A stretch of 64,000 nt of DNA from Octopus sinensis. Taxonomy: Eukaryota. A program made the position numbers and the translations under genes. Below, one piece after another: positions 38,441 through 51,910 of this stretch; positions within the stretch are counted from its first letter, which is position 1, and each line of letters begins with the position of its first letter. Where the stretch lies: positions 157,852,001 through 157,916,000 of the forward strand of contig NC_042999.1 of assembly GCF_006345805.1 (NCBI RefSeq). Reading direction: 5' to 3'. A model generated the notes under the pieces. It worked only from the letters and a program-made list of their open reading frames with translations. It was not told the DNA's origin and searched no databases.

Positions 38441-39272
38441 TAAAACAACATGAAAATGATATTGGATTTACTTGATGTTGGTTCTTGTCTCACATCTGTT
38501 AGTGGAAGTCGAATGGTGAGCTTCAGTGCTCTGCTGGTTCTAGGAAGTCGAGAGGAAATAATAGGTGGTGGGGTATTATCGTCTGCCGTCGAGTTTGTTA
38601 AGAGGAGGTTATTTTGATTAGAACCTAGGGAACTGTAGCGGATTAAGTTGAAATCACGTTAATAAAAAAACACTGTGTTTTACAGGAGTTCAGTACACAC
38701 ACACACACACACACACACGCACTCACGCACACGCACATACATGTTTCGTATTCAGCATGGACTCGATGCGTGGTATCTCAGTTTTCTTGGAGTATATTCG
38801 TAAGTGGTGTCTGGAAAAGTTAGTTTGTGCAGGCATCAAGATATTTTCATATATATCAACAGAGAAAGTCTTGCGTCGGGGGATGTATTTCCTATTATAT
38901 ATAAGGCAAATGAGAAAAGTGCGTTATAGATTCTTTCAAAATATTACTTGGTATGACTTTATCATTACACATACATAGATACATACATATATACATGCAT
39001 GCATACATACATATGTACATACATGCACATATATACATACATACGTACACACATACATACATATATACATATATAGATGCATGCATACATACATACGTAC
39101 ATATATACATATATACATACACACGTACATACATACCGAGAAGTAATATTTAATGCCTCTTAAACTTAGAGAAGCAAGAGATTTTCTGGTGCCCCCAAAA
39201 ATATATTAATGTCTAATATGGTATTTTGTACGTTTCTTTTTTTCTGACACTCAACACTAATTGGGTATATAT

Positions 39273-39368
<96 letters not shown>

Positions 39369-39664
39369 TATATACACATATATACATACACATATATATA
39401 TATCATATGCATGCATATATGTATATATATATATATATAATATATATAATATATATATATATATAAGTATGGATATATTAATAGACATGTAATATTACAG
39501 GAAATGTGTTTCGTAAAATACACCTTCTTATTGGTCATTTAATGTTTTTCTTGCAGGCTAACTTATATGTACCATTTGGCTACAAATATGCTCGTTTCTA
39601 TAAATTCTCAATCTTTGCGCTGATTAAAACACATACATTGAAATAGACACACACACGCACGTGC

Positions 39665-39719
<55 letters not shown>

Positions 39720-40302
39720 TGTGTGTATGTATATGTATGTGTATATATATATATACATACATATACATACACATACATAGGTGCATATATGTATATTCAT
39801 ATACACACATATATAAATATATATTATATATGCAATCGTAAACCTTTTCAACATTTTTGCCACCAAAATATCACTTTATATATTATCTATCACATAACGA
39901 GATTCAATTTTCCTTTTATTATATCGAAAGTGTATTTGCAGCTAAAAAGTTATACTTTGCACAAAAGTTAATTCACAAAAAATACGGGCCTGGAATCTAT
40001 AAATAAAGATATCTTTATAACTTAACATGGCAGTATTTTCCCTTGTGGTGAAATGCTTTCATTATCGACAGCTTCATGTTTGTTACTACACTAATCAAAT
40101 ATCTATTGGTTTTGGAATAGGAAGTCAGCCATCAATAGAATATCTTACACAGCCTCAGAAAACCAATTCCATTATACACACACACGCACACATACTTGTA
40201 AGTTTGTATATGTATGTATATATGTATATGTATATAGGTAGATACATACATATATATATATATATACATACATACATACATACATACATACATAATACAT
40301 AC

Positions 40303-40334
<32 letters not shown>

Positions 40335-40469
40335 ATATTATATATATATATATATGAACGCATTCATATACAGATAAATACGGAAGTGTATGCAGTTACG
40401 TATACAAGCTTTGGTTATTTATCCGCATGTAAGCACACGCACATACACATACCTACTAGAAGCTTGACC

Positions 40470-40647
40470 GTTGAATTCGCAAGCTTTTTTCTCTCTCTGG
40501 TTATTTCCTCGTGTTCCTTTCTGTTGAAGAGCGTAGGCTCGAAAGGTAAAATACTTTCTCACATCCCCGAGCGTCAAACTGCTTGTTGTTTATACACCTG
40601 ACGTCTTCTTTTCTTTTTTTTTCTGTAAATTTCAACTGTATATAAAT

Positions 40648-40683
<36 letters not shown>

Positions 40684-40857
40684 GTGTGTGTGTGTATTTA
40701 TATACAGTTGAAATTTACAGAAAAAAAAGAAAAGAATACGTCAGGTGTATAAACAACAAGGAGTTTGACGCTCGGGGATGTGAGAAAGTATTTTACTTTC
40801 GAGCCTACGCTCTTCAACAGAAAGGACAAACCGAGGAAATAACCAGAGAGAGAAAAA
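40470..40857. mobile_element. Inverted pair of repeat family F units separated by a microsatellite
   Basis: 40470-40630 (+) and 40700-40857 (-), both with CTGTTGA-A-GAGC-GTAG-GCTC-GAAA. Confidence 0.75.
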
Positions 40858-40928
<71 letters not shown>

Positions 40929-40975
40929 CATATGTATGTATATATGTATATATGTATATATATATATATACATGT

Positions 40976-41124
40976 AGCGGTTCGGCAAAAAGAGACCGAT
41001 AGAATAAGTACTGGGCTTACAAAGAATAAGTCCGGGGTCGATTTGCTCGACTAAAGGTGGTGCTCCAGCATGGCCGCAATCAAATGACTGAAACAAGTAA
41101 AAGAGTAAAAGAGTAAAGAGAGTA
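40976..41124 (+). mobile_element. SINE family A, 3' half only
   Basis: Tail match, 5'-truncated. Confidence 0.85.
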
Positions 41125-41384
41125 AATAATAGCTCTAGCTATGATATAACCGCTAGTGATGGAAGTCATAATCCACATATAGATAAATGTTCATGTCGTG
41201 ATAAGACTAAATGTAAGCTCTCTAATAATTGTAATATTGACAATGTAATTTATAAATGTATAGTAATTTCTGAGAACAATAATAATAAAAATATAAATAA
41301 GATATATATAGGATCTATAGCTAATGAAATAAAAAAAAATCACCCAACACTACCAGACTTTCAAAAATCCCAATTTAAGTAAGT

Positions 41385-41590
41385 TCACAGGTTAAAGTAA
41401 ATATATATGGGAATTGAAATCTAGAAAAAGAGAATACACCCTTAGTTGGAGTATAATAGGTAGAGCCCACTTTTATAATAAAATGTGGGAATAAAATGTG
41501 CTTATTATGTTTAACAGAATTTATGGAACCGCTACAATCTAGAGACGAATTACTAAACACATACAAAGAAAGAGGAATGAAATGTAGACA
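41385..41590 (+). pseudogene. PLE GIY-YIG C-terminal fragment
   Basis: LKSRKREYTLSWSIIGRA..CLLCLTE..DELLN..KCRHQSNF. Confidence 0.7.
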
Positions 41591-41743
41591 CCAAAGTAAT
41601 TTTACTTTCAAGAAAATGAAATACTGAACCGCCACCCCCTTGAATCTCATCACCACACACTTTTGATTTCTACAGCCTCAGGCCGTGTGTGTATGTGCCT
41701 TTGTGTCTGTTAATCTATTCAACAATAGATTATATAAATAATT

Positions 41744-42069
41744 GTGAGGGCGCGTGGCTTAGCGGTTAGGGCATTCGGCTCATGATCGTAAGGTTGTGAG
41801 TTCGATTCCCGGCGACGCGTTGTGTCCTTGAGCAAGACACTTTATTTCACGTTGCTCCAGTCCACTCAGCTGGCAAAAATGAGTTGTACTTGTATTTCAA
41901 AGGGTCAGCCTTGTCACTCTCTGTGTCACGCTGATTATCCCCGAGAACTACGTTAAGGGTACACGTGTCTGTGGAATGCTCAGCCATTTGCACGTTAATT
42001 TCACGAGCAAGCTGTTCCGTTGATCGTATCAGCTGGGACCCTCGTCGTCGTAACCGGCGGAGTCTTTAA
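41744..42069 (+). mobile_element. SINE, head C plus tail 2, with 12-bp TSD
   Basis: tRNA-like head with GAGTTCGATTCCC B-box; TSD ATATAAATAATT at 41732-41743 and 42070-42081. Confidence 0.9.
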
Positions 42070-42505
42070 ATATAAATAATTAAATACATAAATTGAATAT
42101 TATGAAATATTACATTATAGCAAATTATATATATCCTTCAGCATAGTTGGATAAAATATAATAACAGAAGCAGATAATCTAATTTAAACTATGCATAGTG
42201 ACATTACCCCATTTAGAACTAACCGCCTATAAACTCCCATAGGGCTCTACTACATTCACTTCCTGTAATCGCCATTTTGATTGACATCTTGCTCCTATCA
42301 CAAGTGGATATGTATCTTGATTTTTTATATTTAATCACAGACCTCTTCATTCTGATTTATAATTTTATATTTGACATTCTAAGTTTGATATATGTATGAT
42401 AATTTATATTTATAATTTATAATTCTTAATTTTGTAAAGTTTATTTTAAATTTTTAATTTAACGCTTAATTTTTATGGTGATTTAAAATAGCTGAACAAT
42501 ATTTT

Positions 42506-42598
42506 GAAAAGGAACCTGAAGACGTGTTGGTAGAATTATAAATCTGATGGTTACAGATATTCTGATCTTCCAATACAAAAACACGTGTAGCTCTTTTC
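42506..42598 (+). ncRNA. Degenerate PLE-type hammerhead motif
   Basis: CTGAAGA(42516-42522)-C-GTGTTGG...CCAATAC-AAAA-ACACGTGT-A with flanking GAAAAG/CTTTTC; G12 lost. Confidence 0.45.
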
Positions 42599-43373
42599 TA
42601 ATTATAATTTTAACTCAAGTAAGGGCTAATTAAGGTAGTATATTTTATACCCTGCTATTGTACATGTTTTATCCTCAAGTATTATTTCTTGATATGCATA
42701 TAAATACCACGAGTTTTTCATCATAAATACCCGTTAGGTTCTTTTTGCATTATCTAAAATGGAATACCCACAAATCTATTGATTAAAATCCCAATAACTG
42801 AACTATTATTATTATATTATGTATTTTCTATATTTCTATATAAATATACATAAATATATTATAATAATGACCCCACTGCACGATTAGTTGATGTGGAATA
42901 CACGGTATGTATTCTTTATATTAAAATGCATGTAATGCTAAATGGCATGTACCTGATCGATTTGGAATTTCGTTTTCCCACATTATTTATATACACTACC
43001 GTCAGAAATTAATTAGCACCCTTGATTTTCTCTTCACTCAAGGTATGTGCTGTCACCTAGTGGCCATATCTCGAACTATTGCTTTGTTGCGAGTTCACTG
43101 TTGCACAGAACGATGACGTAACTTTGTTTGCAGAGCAGTTTGAGAGTCTACAGCCTTATGATGTTGACATAGCAGTGCAACAACAACTTGGAGTGCGGAT
43201 GCAGACAAATCTTCCTTTGTTTAATAGATATAGGTAGCGCCTCCCAAGGACCGAAATCACACCATACTAAGTTTTCTCATCGCGTAAGACGTTTTGAACA
43301 GCTCATAGGTTAATTGATTTAACCTATTTAATGTAGAAATTTGAGAAGTGCTAATTAATTTCTGACGCAAGTG

Positions 43374-43432
<59 letters not shown>

Positions 43433-43484
43433 ATATACATATATAATCTGTGTGCGTATATATATATATATATTGTGTATATAT

Positions 43485-43546
<62 letters not shown>

Positions 43547-44210
43547 CATAAGTGTACATATACACGTATTAATGCATACGCATACTCACGAAGATATTTA
43601 TATTTCTTCATATATTTTGAGAAATATTTATATTTAAAAGACGGTTAAGTGTGGAAGTATACTTTGTCACCGTTAGTTATATCGGGACATTTGCATGCCT
43701 ACACTAATTATAATTAACTATAATCAAATTTCTTGGTGCTTATGCGCAATAATGAAAAACATAGTCAGGAGAGACAACTCGGGTACTGAGGGAGTACACA
43801 CCTCCGTGTGCTATGCAGCAGCGAACCGGTGAACAAACAAAACATATAGATAGAGTATGTGAGGTCAGTAATGTTTACAACATTAACGCCGCTTTTAATT
43901 CGTATGCATAGCCGCAGTATGCGAGCAAATAACTTTCACACCATTTATATGTAGTCGTGGATTGGTGAATCGATGCGATTCCAGTTCGATTCAGGTAGTG
44001 ATGTTTATAAAGGCTTATCGGTATCCATCAATCCCGAATGGGATCCAAAGCGAGTTGTCTCAGTTGTCTACGACTTTCATGTGTTTCATCACCCTGCGTA
44101 ATGAGGGAGTCGTCTCCTAGGCGCTATGCCACAGCGAACCGGCGAACAAAGTACATGTATTGAGTAGGTGTGATCAATAATGTTAATAATATTGAATATC
44201 TCATTGCTAT

Positions 44211-44680
44211 AAGCGCAGAAATGGCTGTGTGGTAAGAAGCTTGCTTCCCAACTACATGGTTTTTGGTTCAGTCTCACTGCATGGAACCTTGGCCAAGTGT
44301 CTTCTACTGTAGCCTCAGGCCGACCAAAGCCTTGGGATTGGTTTGGTAGATGGAAATTGAAAGAAGCTCGTCGTATGTATGTATGTATGTATGTATATAT
44401 TATGTATACATATATATATCTGTATATATTTACGTGTGTGTGCCTTTGTGTCTGTTATTGTCCCCCCATCTTCACTTGGCAACCGATGTTATTGTCCCCC
44501 CATCTTCACTTGGCAACCGCAAACCGTAAGTTTGCGGTTGAGCAAAAGAAACCGATAGAATAAGTACTAGGTTTACAAAGAATAAGACCTGGAGTTGATT
44601 TGTTCGGCTAAAAATGAAACCCTTTAATGCAGTGCTCCACCATGGCCACGACCACATGACTGAATCATGTAAAAGAATAA
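44211..44680 (+). mobile_element. SINE family A (older, internal duplication)
   Basis: Head, body and tail match. Confidence 0.8.
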
Positions 44681-44708
44681 AAGGATAAGAAAGCTTATAA
44701 TACACGCG

Positions 44709-44999
44709 ATCACTTAATCGATCAGAGTATCTGATGTTTTATTGATCGCTGGTCACAGTGTGCTTTGCATCATTTTAGCTTTCGAATGATGCCACGCTAC
44801 TGGCTAGTGAGTGGGTCAACATTTCTGCTGATCGAAAGGCCAGTCTGTTGCAGGGTTGGCCATTTACAGCTGAGTGGACTGGAGCAACATGGAATGGTGT
44901 TTTGCTCAGGAACACAACGCATAGCCGGCCAAAGACTCGAAACCACGAACTCCCTGTTGCGAGTGCAACATGCCTAACCAGTAGGCCACATGGCTTCAC
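44709..44999 (-). mobile_element. SINE, head C plus tail 1 (degenerate)
   Basis: GTTGTGTTCCTGAGCAAAACAC..TTGCTCCAGTCCACTCAGCTG then tail 1. Confidence 0.7.
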
Positions 45000-45074
45000 A
45001 CACACGCGCGCGCGCACACACATACGCATTTATACACACACACACACACACACATATACTGGGCTTTAATCCTG

Positions 45075-45260
45075 ACATAATTTTTCTCTCCCCGTTTTTT
45101 CCCTCTCTCTCTCCATTTTCCCTCCCATTCCTTTGTCGATAAGCGTAGATTCGAAACATTAAACACTTTTCTATTCTTCTTGAGGCTCAAACTATTACAC
45201 CTGCTTGTTGTTCCCTCACCTGCCTTCTTTGTCCTTTCTCTACTGTCCTTTTGAACCATA
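45075..45260 (+). mobile_element. Repeat family F copy (degenerate)
   Basis: GATAAGCGTAGATTCGAAACATTAAACACTTTTCTATTC.. Confidence 0.5.
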
Positions 45261-47286
45261 TATATGCAGGGCTTTCAGGTTAAATTTTTTGTCCCCTTTT
45301 TTCTGGAACAGCTTGATGTATTGGTGAACAGTCAACGACGTTGGAGAGCATAAAAATTAAAGTAATAGTGGAGAAAATGCTAACTGATAAGGGGGAGTAG
45401 AAGCCATATCTATGCTTATTTGTACTTGACTGCTGTGCAATCATTCTCTTTATATCTCGCTTTTACTCTCTCTATCTCTGATGTAAAGCGTAACTGGAGA
45501 AACCAACCAACCAACCAACCAACCAACATTTATATCGGCTGTTATCGGTGACTGAACTTTGACGAAATGACAGTTCCATTTGAGCGTATATGCCATGCGC
45601 TATTCTTTTTCAGGGATTTCTGAGTTCAAATCCTGTTAAATTTAGCTTTACTTTTCATGTTTCGGGTCGATAAAACAATATTAGCGTTCGACAATTTGTG
45701 TTGCATATTTACAATTACATATACAAGGCCTAGAAAGAAGTCAACGAGAGAAACGCTACGCGGTCACTCAGCGTCTCGGAAATAATCGCTGGTTCTCCAG
45801 TAAATCTTGCCCGACCGCCTTAAAGAATAGAAAGGCATACTGGATACAATTGTAATAAACATACTATGTCTGAAAAGGATAGACGGGATAATCACGGCTG
45901 GAACGTCGTTATGATAGTCTGCTTGATCAGAAGCGACCTGGACTAAACAACAACAAGATAAGTGGGGCTGGCTGAAAGTAAGGTTTTGTCGAAAATACTA
46001 CAAAAATCATTGACTAAATTTTCATTGAGGTGACAAACTTTCGATTTTCGACGTAAATAGCTATGAAAACAGTGTTGCTGTAGAATGGCCATAAACGCCA
46101 ACGGCGAATAAGTAAAAAGAATGCAAGCATAAATAATGAAATATATTTAGGACTTAATGGCTTATGTTACTTAAAATGACTATAGACAAAAAAATTTCAC
46201 TTTTCATTTGATGAATGATCAATATAATGAAATATACTTATTCGCATAAAATATAGTTTTAATGTGTAAACGAAACTTAAAGGGATATACCTCAAGCTGT
46301 CAGCTGTACAGTGAGTCCGTCTATTGACCTTACTGCAATTTCGAAGTTTTTAAACCCTCGTAAAGATTCCTTAAATCCCATTTGTCATGATGTTGTTGAG
46401 AAACAAACATATAACAATAAATGAAAATACTTTTAAGCTCACATGGTAGCATGTATATTTGGTTATTGATCGTAGTTTTACAACTGAAAAGATATTACAA
46501 ATAAACAAACATCAAGAAAGTTTAAAAAATCAATACATAAAATATATTTGCATTAAAAATAGAAAAACCAGAACAAAATATATAGTCTTGTTACAAAATG
46601 AAAATCAGTAATATAGATTCCAGGTTCACAGCAGCACTTGTATATTATTTATGCCTGGAGTAGACAGACTTTTAAAATGTTATTTGTTTTACCTTGTGAA
46701 GATGCATTAATAATTTCTTAATAGTTGTCAAATAGGCAAATCAGCATGCGGTCGCAGAAAGTGAGAGGTATTTTTTATATGGCTACAAATTATGGCTTCT
46801 TAATATCATTGTGATCAGGTATGAACGAACTGCGATGAACGGTTAAAAAAAATTAATACAGAAGCGCAATAAGTTCATGCTGTGCTATCGAGAATTGAGT
46901 TATATTCACTCTCTTCTCGCTTCCCGAATTTCATTCCGCAATATAACTTTTTGCTTTAAACATATAGATATATTTCGATGTCCTGAAAGTTTTTCAATTT
47001 TCATTCAGACTGTGTATCACTAAATCTTATTAAACGCTACTTTATGTGGTTAATGCAGTAGAGCAACACATTAATTCTCAGCAATGAATGATACTGTTCG
47101 AAGTTATTTCTGTTTCTTGACACAACCTATGTCACTTGGAAAGGCATCAACATCATAAAATCTAATTTCTTATTTTGTAAACTCAAAAGGAAACTACATG
47201 CTATCCATTATGCAAACATGACTATCTTCTCTCTTGGTGTAGAACACAATTGAATTTTAGTATAAATTATTGCTATATAGTGAAAC

Positions 47287-47543
47287 TGTACACCCCTCCC
47301 GATAAAAAGTGGTAGTAACCAGCCATTATAAATAGACCAGTAGCCGGTCGACAGGGAGAAGGTCAGGAAAGTCGAGAGTACGCGTAGACTGTGTTGATAG
47401 TCGTGTCTGCGCTGATGTAGTAATTCTACTGTGATATTGAGCGGCCGTTATATAAATCCAATCTTTTAAGGATGATAACACTGTACGAGTGGGGGTCGTA
47501 CAGTGCCAGATAGAAATACTCTATCGACGACTTCGGAATATAA
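47287..47543 (+). mobile_element. Possible solo-LTR-like element
   Basis: TG...ATAACA ends, internal TATATAAATA and a perfect hairpin CACTGTACGA/TCGTACAGTG; no clean TSD seen. Confidence 0.3.
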
Positions 47544-48329
47544 CAATATCTGTCAGAGCAACAACCGTCATCAAAAGAAAGATACAACAGTGACGACAAA
47601 AGGCCGCTTTACAAGTTATTTACTTTTTGCAGTGATTGATTGCAGAAGTTAAGAAGTTTGATTACGCATAGACGTTATCTATCGTAAAATATCTGCACAA
47701 ATAGTTATAGCTAATTCTATCTAATAATTGACATCTGCAATTCGGTTCCAAGTAAAATTCCATAAATGTTATAATTCCATAATCAGAGTAGTGGCAGTCA
47801 AATATTATTTTTCAATCCGAAGAAGGCAGACATAAGAATAGATATATATAAGTGCCGTGATACTGGAAGGTGCAGAGGACAGTTTCATGGGTTGGGGCGG
47901 AGAAAGAGAAGACAAAAATAAGGGAAAAGAGGGCAAGGAATTGAAAAGGAAGGAAATAAAGGAAGACAAAGAACAAAAGGTTCGAAGGATGATGAGGAAA
48001 CGAAAGGAGAGGTAGTGGAAACAAAACATGGGTGACCTCGTAAAACTCCGAGTCAGGAGATGCTTCAGATCCCAGTTAAATTATTTGCACTCTACAAAGC
48101 CCAACTGAGTCCCACAATAGCATCTCGTACAACGAGGTATCAAATCCTAACTACTGTTATTGGTTTTTCCCAGCGCTCCGCATCTTCTGTCAGCGTAAGC
48201 AATGAAGTTCACCAATGTCTCCATTATTGCTCAAACGGAAAAGTTGTGCCATGCACCGCTGAAAAAAAAAACAACTTTACATAACTGATCGGAATGGAGC
48301 AGTAAACACCCATCTTGTGGAAGGTATTC

Positions 48330-48830
48330 AGGTGAAGGAAACCTTGCTACTGTTATTGCTTTCACCCCTAGTGTTATTATTGTTACTTGGTCAGCCTGTA
48401 ATGACATGCATAAGATCTGGTCATCAAATCTAAGTAGAGACTTCAAACTTGAAATCTTCAAAGCCACAGTCGAACCAATTCTACTGTATGGCTCAGAAAC
48501 CTGGACGTTATCAAAGAAGCTTGAGAGGCGGTTGGATGGAACCTACACTCGCCTCCTTATGAGAGCTCAAAATCTCTCGTGGAAGCGCATCCAACCAAAA
48601 TGCAAATATATGGGAAACTACCACCTGTGTCATCTCTTGTGAAAGGTAGGAGAGTTCAGTTTGCTGGACTATTTCTTGTAGATGCTGAAAGAGGTAATTT
48701 CCTACTCTCTCCAGGGATACAGGCATCCAGCAGCAGGACCTCCGTAATGCCATGATGGACCGTGAAGTCTGGCGTAGCATGGTAAATTCCATTGTCTCGA
48801 CCACGGTCGAACAATGATGACGATGATGTT
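48330..48830 (+). pseudogene. RTE-clade LINE 3' fragment
   Basis: KIWSSNLSRDFKLEIFKATVEPILLYGSETWTLSKKLERRLDGTYTRLLMRAQNLSWK; (TGA)n-like tail. Confidence 0.85.
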
Positions 48831-49316
48831 GAAGTAGCTGCTGCGTTTACTACCGTTGCTGCTACTACCGTTGTTAATCTCTATTACCGCTGCTACTGAT
48901 ACTCCCGCGGTTGTCTTTGCTACCATTACTCCCGCTGCTGTCTTCGCTTTTGTTAATCTAGTAACATAAGTTGTTACTGTTACTGTCATTTGCTGCTATA
49001 GCAGCGGTGCAATTTTTTTTAAACTCTGAACTTCCAAAGTTCCATGAGCAGAGTAAAAGGAGGAACTTTGATACGTACTGCATTTGCTTTTGAGAGTCAT
49101 CTTCTAGCTCTTACTTTCTTTTGATGGTTATGGAAACCGATATCACTCTTGTAAAAATATAATTTTTGATACAAAATTCAGAAAATTTTCCTGCAAATTG
49201 CCACATCAAAGAGACAAGATACTAACGAAAATCTAACAATTTGCAGTTATTAATACATATAGAAGAGTTAACAAACACACGATCAATTTGATAGGCGCCT
49301 TTCTGACACGAACATA

Positions 49317-49365
49317 ATGATGATGATGATGACGAGGAGGAAGATGAAGATGAAGATGATGATGA

Positions 49366-49398
<33 letters not shown>

Positions 49399-49474
49399 AA
49401 TAATAATAATAATAATAATAATAATATTAATAATAATAATAATGATGATGATGATGATGAATGATAATATGATA

Positions 49475-49535
<61 letters not shown>
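49317..49535. repeat. (GAT)n/(TAA)n microsatellite
   Basis: Direct reading. Confidence 0.95.
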
Positions 49536-49536
<1 letters not shown>

Positions 49537-50088
49537 CCCCTGATGCAATACTAGCAATGGCTCTCATGGCTTCTGATCTTAACTGATTGGAAGTGTTATC
49601 ATGTACATTGTTTTGTCTTGGTATAAAAGATGGGCTACAACAAATATTCTGCTCAATACCACAGATTTGCTTGTCAGTTGTTTGACCTTAACCAGTTGAG
49701 CATGTCCCTTAGTGGCTGACGATATGTGCATCTCTGATCACGAGCAGAAGTAGTGGGGGAGCATCATAGCCATGTGTTGAGAAGGATTCTTTGGGGTTTG
49801 AATAATTCACCTCTGGAAACATGGGTGTTTCGTTCAACGTCCTTAAATAACCCTTATTCAGGGACCTTTTGAGCGGGATGGGTTCTCGATCTGAAGAAAA
49901 TTCTAACTGGGCTCCACCTGCAAGGTCATGTGCTGTTTATCTTGATATGAGATCACCATGTCGCGCACATATGGTTGTGATGCATGTGCCTGGTGTACCC
50001 TTATCAGACGGGTAGTCATGATGGGTATACTGGGCTTCGTATATTTTACCCCAGTGTCACTTTGATGGCATGCTCTGCTCGCTCACTC
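49536..50088. mobile_element. About 550-bp high-complexity segment bounded by (TAA)n on both sides; probable retroelement UTR or non-autonomous element
   Basis: Sharp (TAA)n boundaries; adjacent to an R4/Dong-like 3' end; single copy in this window. Confidence 0.45.
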
Positions 50089-50107
50089 AATAATAATAAT
50101 AATAATA

Positions 50108-50412
50108 AAGCTACCTAACTCAGATACCAGGAAACCCCAAAATGGCAGAAATTCAAAAGATAGTGCTCATGGGAACTGCTCATATCCTACGCAAAATACT
50201 CTCTATGTAATCCCAAGCTTTAAAACAAATTTTTAAAAAAAATTTATGTATTAGACATTCACTAGTACAACACCAAAAAAAAAAAAACCCCAAATATATG
50301 GCACACTAGGCATAACAACAACGTGAACTTCCAGCCTGTTGTCTCTTGAGGTCTCTGGGTGAGACTTGGAGCCAACTTGTACAGACATAAAGCAAAAGTC
50401 AAACATAGAATA
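50108..50412 (+). mobile_element. R4/Dong-like (REL endonuclease) LINE 3' end within (TAA)n
   Basis: YLTQIPGNPKMAEIQKIVLMGTAHILRKILSM* resembles the R4/Dong C-terminus IQK..LLGTAHILRK; (TAA)n on both sides. Confidence 0.7.
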
Positions 50413-50449
50413 ATAATAATGATAATAATGATGATGATGATAATAATAG

Positions 50450-50499
<50 letters not shown>

Positions 50500-51456
50500 T
50501 AATAATAATAATAATAATAATCATCATCATCATCATCATCAACAACATCATCAAAATCGAGATATCCGATGAAAATCTAGTGAATGTAGTTTGTTATTTC
50601 CAACTCGCATTTTCTTCATACATGGGCTGGAAAACTCTGCTTTCATTGTAATTACCTGGTAACATTCGAACTCTGTTTCTGCACAAAAAACGACACCCAA
50701 AATTATGTGGTACAAGCTAATGCTGTGAGACGTGACGGTATTGACATTAGTTATTTGATGCTTAATATCAAGTCAATCCTGTCAGAGTTGTTTGATGAGC
50801 GAAGTCATTGCAGACCTTTACCACCCACTCTCTCTCCCTCTTTTTTATCCTTTTTGCCTTGGTAAGGGATCCTGGATCTTGGCCTATGTCATCGTTTGTG
50901 CTCATTATGGATGTGATTTGAAGATGAAAGAACCTACTTCTCTTGAGTCAATCGCATAAAAATCATTTCCGTGATCGGAACATTCTTTTTTTGTTTGTGT
51001 TTTAGGCGTTTAAACCTAGTATATCAATACTGGCTCATCGTACTCATATTAGAAATAATTTCTTATATAGCTACAGATCATAACTTTCTGCATTAAATCG
51101 ACTCCACTACTTGACTGGTGCTTTATCTTATCGATACTCGAAGAGTGAAAGATAAATGCTGACTTTGGTGAGGTTTGTATTTAGAATGAAAGGAGCCTGA
51201 ACAAATACTGTGAAACTATTGTCAATGAATCAACTCGCGAGAATCGAAGTTATAAGAAACAAGTATTACTGTTTATATTCGTGTTTCACATGCAGTGCTA
51301 ACGATAATAATGATTTCTAAAATAAACAGGAGAACGCATATTTCAAGGAAGGCGGTAAAGTGGACTAAGTTTACTCCCGAAATGCCTAATTACCTTCGGA
51401 GGGATGACAGCTGGGATTTACTCGTAGAAAATCTAGATTTTTAATTAATAAACTCT

Positions 51457-51910
51457 TTTACTCTTTTACTTGTTTCAGTCATTTGACTGTGGCCATGCTG
51501 GAGCACCACCTTTAGTCGAGAAAATCGACCCCAGGACTTATTCTTTGTAAGCCTAGTACTTATTCTATCGGGGTCTTAGGCCGAACCGCTAAGTTACTGG
51601 GACGTAAACCACACCAGCATTGGTTGTCAAGCGATGTTAGTGGGGGGGGGGACAAACACGACACACAAACATACACACACACACACACACATATATATAT
51701 TATATTATATATATATATATATATTATATATATTAATATATATATATATACGACGGGCTTCTTCAGTTTCCATCTACCAGATCCACTCACAAGGCTTTGG
51801 TCGACCCAAGGCTATAGTAGAAGTCACTTGCCCAAAGTGCCACGCAGTGGGACTGAACCCGGGACCATGTGGTTGGTAAGCAAGCTATTTACCACACAGT
51901 CACTTCTACG
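51457..51910 (-). mobile_element. SINE family A
   Basis: Full-length reverse-complement match. Confidence 0.9.

Noticed and set aside
43090-43240. DDVTLFAE..LQ reading frame as a host exon
   Set aside because: More consistent with a very old RT (YADD-like) fragment; too short and degenerate to call
49222-49557. 111-aa ORF with poly-Y/I/S and apparent transmembrane character
   Set aside because: Translation of (TAA)n and (GAT)n repeats
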